Shown here one piece after another: positions 27,068-34,219 of a DNA stretch of 64,000 bases. The notes below the pieces were generated by a model. That model was not told the DNA's origin. It did not search any database and was given only the letters and a program-made list of their open reading frames with translations. The stretch lies in the NCBI GenBank assembly GCA_011192015.1, contig DUET01000086.1, positions 18,026 through 82,025 on the forward strand. Direction: 5' to 3'. How positions within the stretch are numbered: the first letter of the stretch is position 1; every line of letters starts with the position of its first letter. This DNA is from Anaerolineae bacterium. GTDB lineage: Bacteria; Chloroflexota; Anaerolineae; Anaerolineales; E44-bin32. Position numbers and translations under genes: made by a program.

Positions 27068-28385
27068 TCCCAAGAACCTGCTGCCCGGCGACCCGGATTG
27101 CTCACTCTGCGGAGGCATCGGCTACCTGCGCAAGGACGTCCCCCTGGGCCATCCGGAGTTCGGGCGTCTCGAGATCTGCTCCTGCCGCAAGGGGCGTGTG
27201 CAGGCGCACATTCGCGAGCGGCTCTTCCGCTACAGCCAATTGCAGGAATTGCAGCATCTCACCTTCGCGAGCTTCAACCCGCACGGCCGCGTGGGTTATG
27301 GAGAGCTGGAGCAGGCCTCCATCGAGCGCGCCTTCAACCACGCCCAGCTCTTCGCCGAGAATCCCCGGGGATGGCTGCTGCTGCTGGGCGGTTACGGCTG
27401 CGGCAAGACCCATCTGGTAGCGGCCATCGCCAACAAGGTCGCAGCCATGGGCATTTCCACACTCTTCCTCACCGTTCCCGACCTGCTGGATACGCTGCGC
27501 TTCACCTTCAGCGATGAGGACGTGCGCTTCGAGGAACGCTTCGATCAGGTGCGCGACGCCCCGCTTTTGATCCTGGATGATTTCGGCACCCAGAACGCCA
27601 CCGAGTGGGCGCGCGAGAAGCTGTATCAGATCCTGAACTACCGCTACGTCAACCGCCTGCCTCTGGTCGTGACCAGTAACCTGCCTCTGGAACAGATCGA
27701 GGGGCGCATGCGCTCCCGGCTGATGGATCGCGAGGTCGTGGTGCACGCCGAGATCACCGCACCCGACTATCGCCGACCCTCCGAGGACACCAGGCAGCCG
27801 GAACTCTCCTCCTTGAATCAGCACGCCCAGCAGACCTTCGGCACCTTCAGCATGCGCAAGGGCGAGAAGCTCGATCCCAAGGACGAGCGTTCCCTCGAGG
27901 AAGCCTTCAAGGCTGCCAATGCCTACGCCGAGGATCCATCCGGCTGGTTGGTCTTCCTGGGTCCGTATGGCAGCGGAAAGACGCACCTGGCGGCAGCCAT
28001 CGCCAACTACCGCGCCAGCGCGGGTCATGCCGTGATGTTCGTCGTCGTGCCCGATCTGCTCGATCACCTGCGCGCCACCTTCAATCCCCACAGCACGGTC
28101 TCCTACGACCGGCGCTTCGAGGAGGTGCGCACCGCGCCGCTGCTCGTGCTCGACGACTTGGGCACGCAGGCCATGACGCCCTGGGTGCGCGAGAAGCTCT
28201 ACCAGCTCTTCAACCATCGCTACAACGCGGCACTGCCGACGGTGATCACGACGGCGGATTCGCTGGAGGAGATCGATCCACGGCTCCGATCGCGCCTGCT
28301 AGACCGTCGCCTGTGCCGCATCCACGCCATCACCGCCCCGGCCTTCAAAGGCACCGCGCCGAAGCAGCGTAAAGCCAAGCGTTGA
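27045..28385 (+). CDS. helicase-loader-like protein with N-terminal Cys cluster and two tandem DnaC/DnaI/IstB-type AAA+ modules
   Basis: Two Walker A motifs (GGYGCGKTH, GPYGSGKTH) and two Walker B motifs (LLILDDFG, LLVLDDLG) occur in a single frame. The two halves show strong internal similarity. The ATG at 27045 overlaps the end of the DnaD-like gene. Confidence 0.75.
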   Translation: MPTSSNTDPKNLLPGDPDCSLCGGIGYLRKDVPLGHPEFGRLEICSCRKGRVQAHIRERLFRYSQLQELQHLTFASFNPHGRVGYGELEQASIERAFNHAQLFAENPRGWLLLLGGYGCGKTHLVAAIANKVAAMGISTLFLTVPDLLDTLRFTFSDEDVRFEERFDQVRDAPLLILDDFGTQNATEWAREKLYQILNYRYVNRLPLVVTSNLPLEQIEGRMRSRLMDREVVVHAEITAPDYRRPSEDTRQPELSSLNQHAQQTFGTFSMRKGEKLDPKDERSLEEAFKAANAYAEDPSGWLVFLGPYGSGKTHLAAAIANYRASAGHAVMFVVVPDLLDHLRATFNPHSTVSYDRRFEEVRTAPLLVLDDLGTQAMTPWVREKLYQLFNHRYNAALPTVITTADSLEEIDPRLRSRLLDRRLCRIHAITAPAFKGTAPKQRKAKR

Positions 28386-28411
28386 CCCTGCCGTTCGGCG
28401 CGTGATACAAT
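28382..28411 (+). promoter_or_regulatory. promoter for tRNA-Glu (-35 TTGACC, 18-nt spacer, TGaTACAAT)
   Basis: TTGACC at 28382-28387 overlaps the upstream stop codon. The extended -10 TGATACAAT ends 9 nt before the tRNA 5' end. Confidence 0.5.
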
Positions 28412-28420
28412 CCTGCCCGC

Positions 28421-28493
28421 GCCCCCATCGTCTAGGGGACTAGGACGTGGCCCTTTCAAGGCCAAGACCGGGGTTCGAATCCCCGTGGGGGCA
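28421..28493 (+). tRNA. tRNA-Glu (anticodon UUC)
   Basis: Hand-folded cloverleaf. The acceptor stem is GCCCCCA/TGGGGGC, the anticodon stem TGGCC/GGCCA carries the loop CTTTCAA, and the T arm is GGGGTTCGAATCCCC. CCA is not fully encoded. Confidence 0.85.
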
Positions 28494-28500
28494 CCTGATA

Positions 28501-28530
28501 GGTGCGACGCACTTCCAACTGCGTTGCACC
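28501..28530. repeat. hairpin GGTGCGACGCA-N8-TGCGTTGCACC (family also present at 33902-33982)
   Basis: An inverted repeat with one G-U position lies immediately 3' of the tRNA. Confidence 0.45.
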
Positions 28531-28547
28531 TGGCGTGTTTAATTGCA

Positions 28548-28582
28548 GAAACCTGACAGGTTTTACGAACCTGTCAGGTTTC
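28548..28582. terminator. hairpin GAAACCTGACAGGTT-TTACG-AACCTGTCAGGTTTC (bidirectional terminator-like)
   Basis: A perfect 15-bp stem lies between the tRNA (+) and the convergent FG-GAP gene (-). The stem sequence is shared with the hairpin at 30558-30593. Confidence 0.5.
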
Positions 28583-28603
28583 TTACTCTACTCTCAATGC
28601 TTG

Positions 28604-29731
28604 CTATTCGGCAGGCATCACGTAGACGCCGTCATTGTCATGGGCGATGAAATCGGCGGCGCCATCGCCGGTTGCATCGGCGAAATAACAGCCTTGATGG
28701 CATACACCTGGTCCGGGAGTCCACTGCTGCGGGTTGCTGAAGGATGATCCCGTGGAGGGCATGACGTATACCGCATCGTTGTCGTGGGCAACGTAATCTG
28801 CCTTGCCATCGCCTGTCACATCCACGAAGTAGCAGCCCAGATCACATCCCCCGCCACCCCACTGCTGTGGCGCGCCGAAGGAGGATCCCGTGGAGGCCAT
28901 TACGAACACAGCGGCGTAATCATGACCGATGAAGTCTGCCCTCCCGTCGCCGGTCGCGTCGGCGAAGTAGCAGCCCAGCTCGCAAGTTCCGGGTCCCGGC
29001 GTCCACGGCTGAGGCGCGCCGAAGGCCGAGCCCGTGGAGGGCATCACGTAGACTGCATCATAGTCATGAGCGACGAAATCGGCTCTGCCGTCGCCGGTCA
29101 CGTCGACAAAATAGCAGCCCTGGTGGCACACGCCGGGCCCGGACGTCCACTGCTGGGGCGCGCCGAAGGAAGATCCCGTGGAGGGCATCACGTAGACGGC
29201 GTCGTTGTCGTGAGCGATGAAGTCCGCCCTCCCATCGCCGGTTGCGTCGGCGAAGTAGCAGCCCTGGTGGCATGTGCCCGGCCCGGGCGTCCACTGCTGG
29301 GGCACGCCGAAGGCGGTTCCCGTGGAGGGCATCACGTAGACGGCGTCGTTGTCGTGAGCGATGAAGTCCGCCCTCCCATCGCCCGTGGCGTCCGCAAAGT
29401 AGCAGCCCTGGTGACAAACACCCGGGTTGCCCGTCCAATTCGAGGGCGCGCCAAACGATGTGCGCACCGATGGAGGCGCAGGTTCGGAGGGTGTGTCGAC
29501 CGGAGCGAGGGTTGGGAAGGGGGTCTCGGGCGCCAGGGTCTGTGCTGGAGGTTGAGGTTCCGATTGGCTCGCCATCGCGGTTTGTGTCGCCTCCAAGGAT
29601 GCCTGGGTGGCATTCAGATCATCCGAGGATGGGTCGGTTTCCGTGGGTGTGGAAACGCCGCAAGCCAGCGAGGCCACAACGATAACGATCCAAGCTATGG
29701 AAATACGAAACTTCGGTTTGAGTGACTGCAT
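28604..29731 (-). CDS. exported FG-GAP/VCBS-like repeat protein (six repeats, each with CHQGC-type Cys pair)
   Basis: A signal peptide ending in SLAC and a Pro/Thr-rich linker are followed by six repeats of about 48 aa. Each repeat carries the Ca-binding-like motif D.TGDG.ADF and the FG..QQW motif. Confidence 0.8.
   Translation of the reverse strand: MQSLKPKFRISIAWIVIVVASLACGVSTPTETDPSSDDLNATQASLEATQTAMASQSEPQPPAQTLAPETPFPTLAPVDTPSEPAPPSVRTSFGAPSNWTGNPGVCHQGCYFADATGDGRADFIAHDNDAVYVMPSTGTAFGVPQQWTPGPGTCHQGCYFADATGDGRADFIAHDNDAVYVMPSTGSSFGAPQQWTSGPGVCHQGCYFVDVTGDGRADFVAHDYDAVYVMPSTGSAFGAPQPWTPGPGTCELGCYFADATGDGRADFIGHDYAAVFVMASTGSSFGAPQQWGGGGCDLGCYFVDVTGDGKADYVAHDNDAVYVMPSTGSSFSNPQQWTPGPGVCHQGCYFADATGDGAADFIAHDNDGVYVMPAE
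28607..29455 (-). repeat. in-frame tandem coding repeat, unit about 144 bp, six copies
   Basis: Adjacent units share a 63-nt perfectly identical stretch (29177-29239 versus 29321-29383). Confidence 0.9.
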
Positions 29732-30073
29732 GGTGGTTGTCTCCAGTGAGCATCATTCGTTCGTCAGGCAAGTTTAGAGTTTTATCGTCTTGATTAAAAG
29801 CCCGATTGACTGCGAAAACTGTCGTCGGGCGAATCCACCAAAGCAGGGATCCCCCATGGGAAAAGCGATCTTCAGGGTGTTTGCTGTTTCAGCAGTACGT
29901 TCCGCTTCCCCTGTATCAAACCGATGACCGAATACTTCAAGCTGGCTGCTCTTGGGTATCCATGTTCAGATGCGGAGGTCGATTGGAACGCAACGTTTCA
30001 AGCGAATCAGGAATGCTGATGTGAGCTAGATACGGGTATGCGAGACGAAGACCAATGCTCTCTGAATTTTCCC

Positions 30074-30388
30074 TCATCTACAATGACCAGGCCATCGATA
30101 GCTGCCATCCGAGCACCGATCCGTATACCCAAGCCCCTCGCAAGTCCTCCCCGCGTGGAAATCCCAGTCGGCGTCGTTGATGCCTTCGTCGTCCCATTCC
30201 TTGCATTCGGATCGCGACCAGTCATCCTTACAAACCGGTGAACTAAGAATGTCTCCACCCGATCCCACGCATGCCCCCGTTCCCACGCAAGCCATTTGAA
30301 CCAGGACCAGGGTCAGGAACAGAAAGAGGATCCATTGAATCGATCGCCGTGTGCTTCGTAGTACCAATCCCTTTCGGAAGGATTTCAT
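30074..30388 (-). CDS. small exported Cys-rich protein (hypothetical)
   Basis: The ATG at 30388 gives MKSFRKGLVLRSTRRSIQWILFLFLTLVLVQMAC. The mature part of about 70 aa has 8 Cys and is acidic. I see no recognisable family. Confidence 0.5.
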   Translation of the reverse strand: MKSFRKGLVLRSTRRSIQWILFLFLTLVLVQMACVGTGACVGSGGDILSSPVCKDDWSRSECKEWDDEGINDADWDFHAGRTCEGLGYTDRCSDGSYRWPGHCR

Positions 30389-30557
30389 GATCGACCTCAC
30401 CTGCGTTCTTGAACTTGAAGAATGTCGGTTTCTTCGATTTTTCTGGTAACGCCAATCTCGAATCCGATGTACCATTGACTCGCCAAAGGAATATTGTACG
30501 CCTTCTGTGTTTCTGGACAAATCCCGATTTACTATCCAAGCAAGAACAGGTACAAAA

Positions 30558-30593
30558 GAACCTGACAGGTTCTTTTGTACCTGTCAGGTTTTC
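30558..30593. terminator. hairpin GAACCTGACAGGT-TCTTTTGT-ACCTGTCAGGTT followed by TTTC (bidirectional)
   Basis: It is 15 nt downstream of the stop of the zinc-ribbon gene (-). It is U-rich on both strands and embedded in the larger palindrome ACAAAAGAACCTG-A-CAGGTTCTTTTGT. Confidence 0.5.
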
Positions 30594-30607
30594 AACATCC
30601 GTCGTCA

Positions 30608-31492
30608 TCAATCCGCACACTGCGGCGCGCATTCCTGCCAGCAGCCGGGTTGGCCAGTGGAAGGATGATTGCACCAGCAGCCGTCCGTGCAGCAGCCATT
30701 GTTGTAACCCCAGCCGTAGTACCAGGTCTCACCTGATTTACATTCGAACTCGAAATCCAATTCGCCCACAACACAGCTCTCACCTTCAGGTCTGAAGATG
30801 AAGGTCACGATTCCTCGCTCCCAGTAATAGGGCCCCTGCTCCTGGCAGAGGTGGTACCCACCAAACCAACTGCCCTCATCACAGGTCCATTCGTCGGTTC
30901 GTCCTGAAGGCATCTCAACTTCCACATCATAACGATCCGATTGCAGTGGTTCATCGAACTCCAAATCGATGTAGGCGAGACCTTCATACGGGACATTCTG
31001 ATAGGTGCTGCCGGCGAACGTATCGTTGAGATCTTCGTCACAAACATCACTGGACGATCCAGGTTGTTGACCGGGTGGTTGTCCTGGTTGTTGCCCAGGT
31101 TGTTGACCCTGGTTCCCTGGAAGCACAACCTGCGGCGGTTGGCCTTGGTCTTGATCCTGATCGTCCGGCTGCGCACCGCCCCCCGGCAGATCAGGCGCCC
31201 CTGGAGGCCTTGCATCATCGACGGCGTCGACCAGATCGCCGATCGGATCTGGTAAACGCGCCCTCACAACCTCGGGTACATCGACGACATCCAACCAGAC
31301 CAACAATCCGCACAGGAACACCACCAGGATCATCCCCAGCAGGATCCAGATAAAAGCCGGTACGCCCCTGCGCCTTTCTTTGATGATCACCGTTTGGGTT
31401 GCTGTTGCTGCCTGTGGTATCAACTCCTCCCCACATTCCTTGCAAAACTTGAACTTCTTCGGATTCTTCGTACCGCAATTCCCACACTTCAT
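30608..31492 (-). CDS. zinc-ribbon / single-TM / Gln-Pro-rich linker / Cys-rich C-terminal domain protein (hypothetical)
   Basis: A GGAGAGGAAG RBS precedes the ATG at 31492. The N-terminus is MKCGNCGTKNPKKFKFCKECG (zinc ribbon). One TM segment (AFIWILLGMILVVFLCGLLVWL) and a (GQQP)n linker follow. The C-terminal tail contains CCTDGCWCNHPSTGQPGCWQECAPQC. Confidence 0.65.
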   Translation of the reverse strand: MKCGNCGTKNPKKFKFCKECGEELIPQAATATQTVIIKERRRGVPAFIWILLGMILVVFLCGLLVWLDVVDVPEVVRARLPDPIGDLVDAVDDARPPGAPDLPGGGAQPDDQDQDQGQPPQVVLPGNQGQQPGQQPGQPPGQQPGSSSDVCDEDLNDTFAGSTYQNVPYEGLAYIDLEFDEPLQSDRYDVEVEMPSGRTDEWTCDEGSWFGGYHLCQEQGPYYWERGIVTFIFRPEGESCVVGELDFEFECKSGETWYYGWGYNNGCCTDGCWCNHPSTGQPGCWQECAPQCAD

Positions 31493-31729
31493 CGCTTCCT
31501 CTCCAATTTGAACGAAATCAGCCTGTACCAATCACCCTCTGGCCAGTGAAAGATGATATCTATCATTGTTTATCCATTACGTCAATATTTCGCTTCCTCC
31601 ATCGACGCATCTTGCCTGACACACAACCGTCGGATTTGCGGCTTGCCCAAGTCGTTCGAAACGGGCACAATAGAGATGGCCTGCTGCCATCCACTGCAAG
31701 CAGGAGCTGTGCGGCCAAAGGAGGCAACC

Positions 31730-33874
31730 ATGTCCCCGAAGAGGGTCCTTCCCACTCTGGTTCTTATCCTCACGTTCGCAGCAGTGCTGGCATGCATCTC
31801 CACGCCGATCCCCGGGAACTACTACGTCGATCCGGCTGGAGACGACAGCAACGACTGCCTCACACCGGCGACGGCATGCCTGACGATCGGCGCCGCCATC
31901 GACAAGTCTTCATCCGGCGATACGATCCACATCCAAGACGGCAACTATGTCGAGATTGACGCCGGCGTTCCCTCCGTGGGCGTGGTCGTCGACAAGGATC
32001 TCACCCTTCAGGGCATTGGCGACGCGCGCATCGATGGTAACGGCCTGCGCACGGTGGTCTCGATCTGGCCGGGCACCTCGGCTGTGATGCACAACCTGAC
32101 GATCCACAACGGCGGCGGTGAGGCCGTGGGTGGAATTGTCATCGGCGACGGTTCGACCCTGGAGCTCACCGACAGCATCGTGCGCAACAACGAACCCAGC
32201 ATCGCAGCGCTAGGGCTCGGCTTCTACAACACCGGAGGGATCCTCAATCGCGGCACGTTGACCATGAACAACGTCGAGGTGATCTTCAACAATGCCTTCG
32301 AGCCCATTGGCAGCGAGGCTTGGGGCGGCGGCATTCACAACCAGGGCACGCTCACGATGACCGAATCCCTTGTGGCCATGAATTATGCCGACAACCGGGG
32401 GGCAGGTCTGTACAACGGCGTCGATGCTACGGCAACCCTGATCGGGAGTATGGTGGACGACAACATCCACACCGGCGGCATCTGGAACGAAGGAACGCTC
32501 GAGCTCAGCGGAACCACCGTGAGAGCGAACACAATCGGTGGTGAGTTGTGGGATGTCTGCGCAGGTATCGGAAATTACAGTTCCCTGATGATGACCGACG
32601 GCGTGGTTGCGGACAACGCCAGCCTCACGTACTACGCGGGGATCTGCAATCTCGACTCCGACAGCGTGGCAACGATCGACGGCACGATCATCATCGAGAA
32701 CATCGGCAGTGGTGTGGTGAATTACGGCACGATGGATCTCACCGGAGTCGATATCGGCGCCAATACAGCCGGTGGAGGATTCAACTACCTCAACATGGTC
32801 ATCACCGGCAGTGTTGTGCACGATAACGTGATGACGCCCAAGGCCGGCGGTCTGTGGAATGTGAGTGGAACACTCGAGATCGTGAACACAACCATCTCCG
32901 GCAACCAGGTCACGATGTGGGGCGGCGGACTGATGAACAACCAGGTCGCCTCGATGACCATCGTGGGCAGCACGATCAGCGGCAACTCTGCCGACATCCA
33001 GGGCGCAGGGATCTTCAACGAGGGCGAAGTTCACATCACGAACTCCACCATCAGCGGAAACACCGCTCCCGAAGGCGCGGGCATCGGCAACAACGGCGAG
33101 ATGTGGCTCTCCAGCGTGACTGTCTCCAACAACCGACCGGACGGTATTTCGAGCATCAATGTCGGTGCCACCCGCTTGCTGAACACCATCATCGCGGACA
33201 ACGCAACCACGGATTGCTACGGTGTTGGTTATGTCACACAGGGGCACAATCTCGACAGCGACGCCACCTGCATGCTCAATCCCAGCCTGGGCGACCTGAT
33301 CGCCGTCGCTCCCTTGCTGGGCCCACTGGCTGATAACGGCGGCCCGACCTTCACCCATGCCCTGCTCCCATCCAGCCCGGCGATCGATACCGGCGCATCG
33401 GGTGCCGACTGCCCGGCGACGGACCAGCGCGGTGTAACACGCCCGCAGGGACCCGAGTGCGACATGGGTGCCTTCACGTTGGAGTTCGGCATCGCGGTGG
33501 TGACCATTCCCCCACCGGGGGATGAGCCGGGGATTCTGCGAGGCACGATGAACGATGATGCAAGCTGCCGCGGAGGACCCGGTTCGAACTACCCCCTCAC
33601 GGTCATTCTGCAGAGGGGACAAACGCTCCCGATCGAGGGCCGCAACCAGGATACCTCCTGGCTATGGCTCGATACGGACAGCGGCTACTGCTGGGTGCTC
33701 CGTGCGCTGGTCGATGTCTTGGGGGATGCGGAAGACGCTCCGGTGCGATCTGCTGCGCCATCACCCGTTCCTGAGCCGGAGGGCTGCTACGTCCGGGATG
33801 AGAAAACCGGAGCTTTGATCTGCACCTCGCCCTGTCCTCCCAACGCCAATCCAGGAGGCGCCTGCACGCCGTAG
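31730..33874 (+). CDS. exported right-handed beta-helix repeat protein with choice-of-anchor-Q-like segment and SH3b-like C-terminus
   Basis: AAAGGAGG RBS and a signal peptide ending in VLAC. It contains many G..N.G.L.. helix rungs. The motif NGGPTFTHALLPSSPAIDTG...CPATDQRGVTRPQGPECDMGAF and a C-terminal SH3b-like block are present. Confidence 0.8.
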   Translation: MSPKRVLPTLVLILTFAAVLACISTPIPGNYYVDPAGDDSNDCLTPATACLTIGAAIDKSSSGDTIHIQDGNYVEIDAGVPSVGVVVDKDLTLQGIGDARIDGNGLRTVVSIWPGTSAVMHNLTIHNGGGEAVGGIVIGDGSTLELTDSIVRNNEPSIAALGLGFYNTGGILNRGTLTMNNVEVIFNNAFEPIGSEAWGGGIHNQGTLTMTESLVAMNYADNRGAGLYNGVDATATLIGSMVDDNIHTGGIWNEGTLELSGTTVRANTIGGELWDVCAGIGNYSSLMMTDGVVADNASLTYYAGICNLDSDSVATIDGTIIIENIGSGVVNYGTMDLTGVDIGANTAGGGFNYLNMVITGSVVHDNVMTPKAGGLWNVSGTLEIVNTTISGNQVTMWGGGLMNNQVASMTIVGSTISGNSADIQGAGIFNEGEVHITNSTISGNTAPEGAGIGNNGEMWLSSVTVSNNRPDGISSINVGATRLLNTIIADNATTDCYGVGYVTQGHNLDSDATCMLNPSLGDLIAVAPLLGPLADNGGPTFTHALLPSSPAIDTGASGADCPATDQRGVTRPQGPECDMGAFTLEFGIAVVTIPPPGDEPGILRGTMNDDASCRGGPGSNYPLTVILQRGQTLPIEGRNQDTSWLWLDTDSGYCWVLRALVDVLGDAEDAPVRSAAPSPVPEPEGCYVRDEKTGALICTSPCPPNANPGGACTP

Positions 33875-33901
33875 GAATTTGACTCCCCTTCATAGTGTTC
33901 T

Positions 33902-33982
33902 CCAAGGTGCAACGCACCTTCATGGAGCGTTTCCTTGTCGCGAGCCTCCAAAGGGCGTTGCACCTTGTGGAAAGGCGTTGCA
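33902..33982. repeat. inverted/direct repeats of GGTGCAACGC / GCGTTGCACC
   Basis: CAAGGTGCAACGC at 33903-33915 pairs with GCGTTGCACCTTG at 33955-33967. A third GCGTTGCA lies at 33975-33982. The same core occurs at 28501-28530. Confidence 0.45.
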
Positions 33983-33996
33983 TCCAGACCAGGCTT

Positions 33997-34150
33997 CATG
34001 GGGGGGTATAATTCGCTCCTGCGCAAGATTGACGCCAGACATGCAACCTTCTTCAGGGGGTCAGGCATACGGCCCAAGATCAACATCCTCCATGAGGATC
34101 TTATCCAACAGATCATCGCTGAAGCCTTCGGATTGTTGCTCGACCCGGGT
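33997..34150 (+). repeat. diverged copy of the mttB promoter, leader and first 28 codons (copy 1)
   Basis: Colinear with 35019-35171. It shares CATGGGGGG(G)TATAAT, an identical 54-nt distance from the -10 to the start position, and then 65 of 84 identical coding positions by hand alignment. Confidence 0.75.
34067..34150 (+). pseudogene. remnant of an mttB-family 5' end (start codon ATG changed to ATA)
   Basis: It translates as IRPKINILHEDLIQQIIAEAFGLLLDPG, compared with MRPKLEILHEELVHQIIDEAFGLLLDPG in the intact gene. Homology ends at about 34150. Confidence 0.6.
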
Positions 34151-34219
34151 TTTCCGGCGATCACTGCTGATTCAGAACTAAAGGAAGTATGAATGTTATT
34201 CGAGGCGGAGCAGAACAGC

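Noticed and set aside
28421-28603. A classical integrative element at the tRNA-Glu 3' end.
   Set aside because: No integrase, excisionase or transposase ORF lies in the following 6.5 kb, and I found no direct repeat of the tRNA 3' end. I therefore report it only as an accessory-looking segment, not as a mobile element.
28607-29455. Regularly spaced repeats of about 144 bp that could superficially suggest a CRISPR-like or satellite array.
   Set aside because: The repeats are contiguous with no unique spacers. They are in frame and encode the FG-GAP-like blades of a single 375-aa ORF with a signal peptide. No cas genes are nearby.
31050-31130. A short-period repeat (CCAGGTTGTTG-type units) resembling a microsatellite.
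   Set aside because: It is the coding sequence of the (GQQP)n linker of the zinc-ribbon membrane protein on the minus strand. It is in-frame low-complexity sequence, not an independent element.
33935-34192. An 85-aa ORF between the beta-helix gene and the AT-rich gene.
   Set aside because: Its only meaningful similarity is to the first 28 codons of mttB, and the homologous start codon is ATA. I interpret it as a gene remnant (pseudogene fragment), not a functional small protein.
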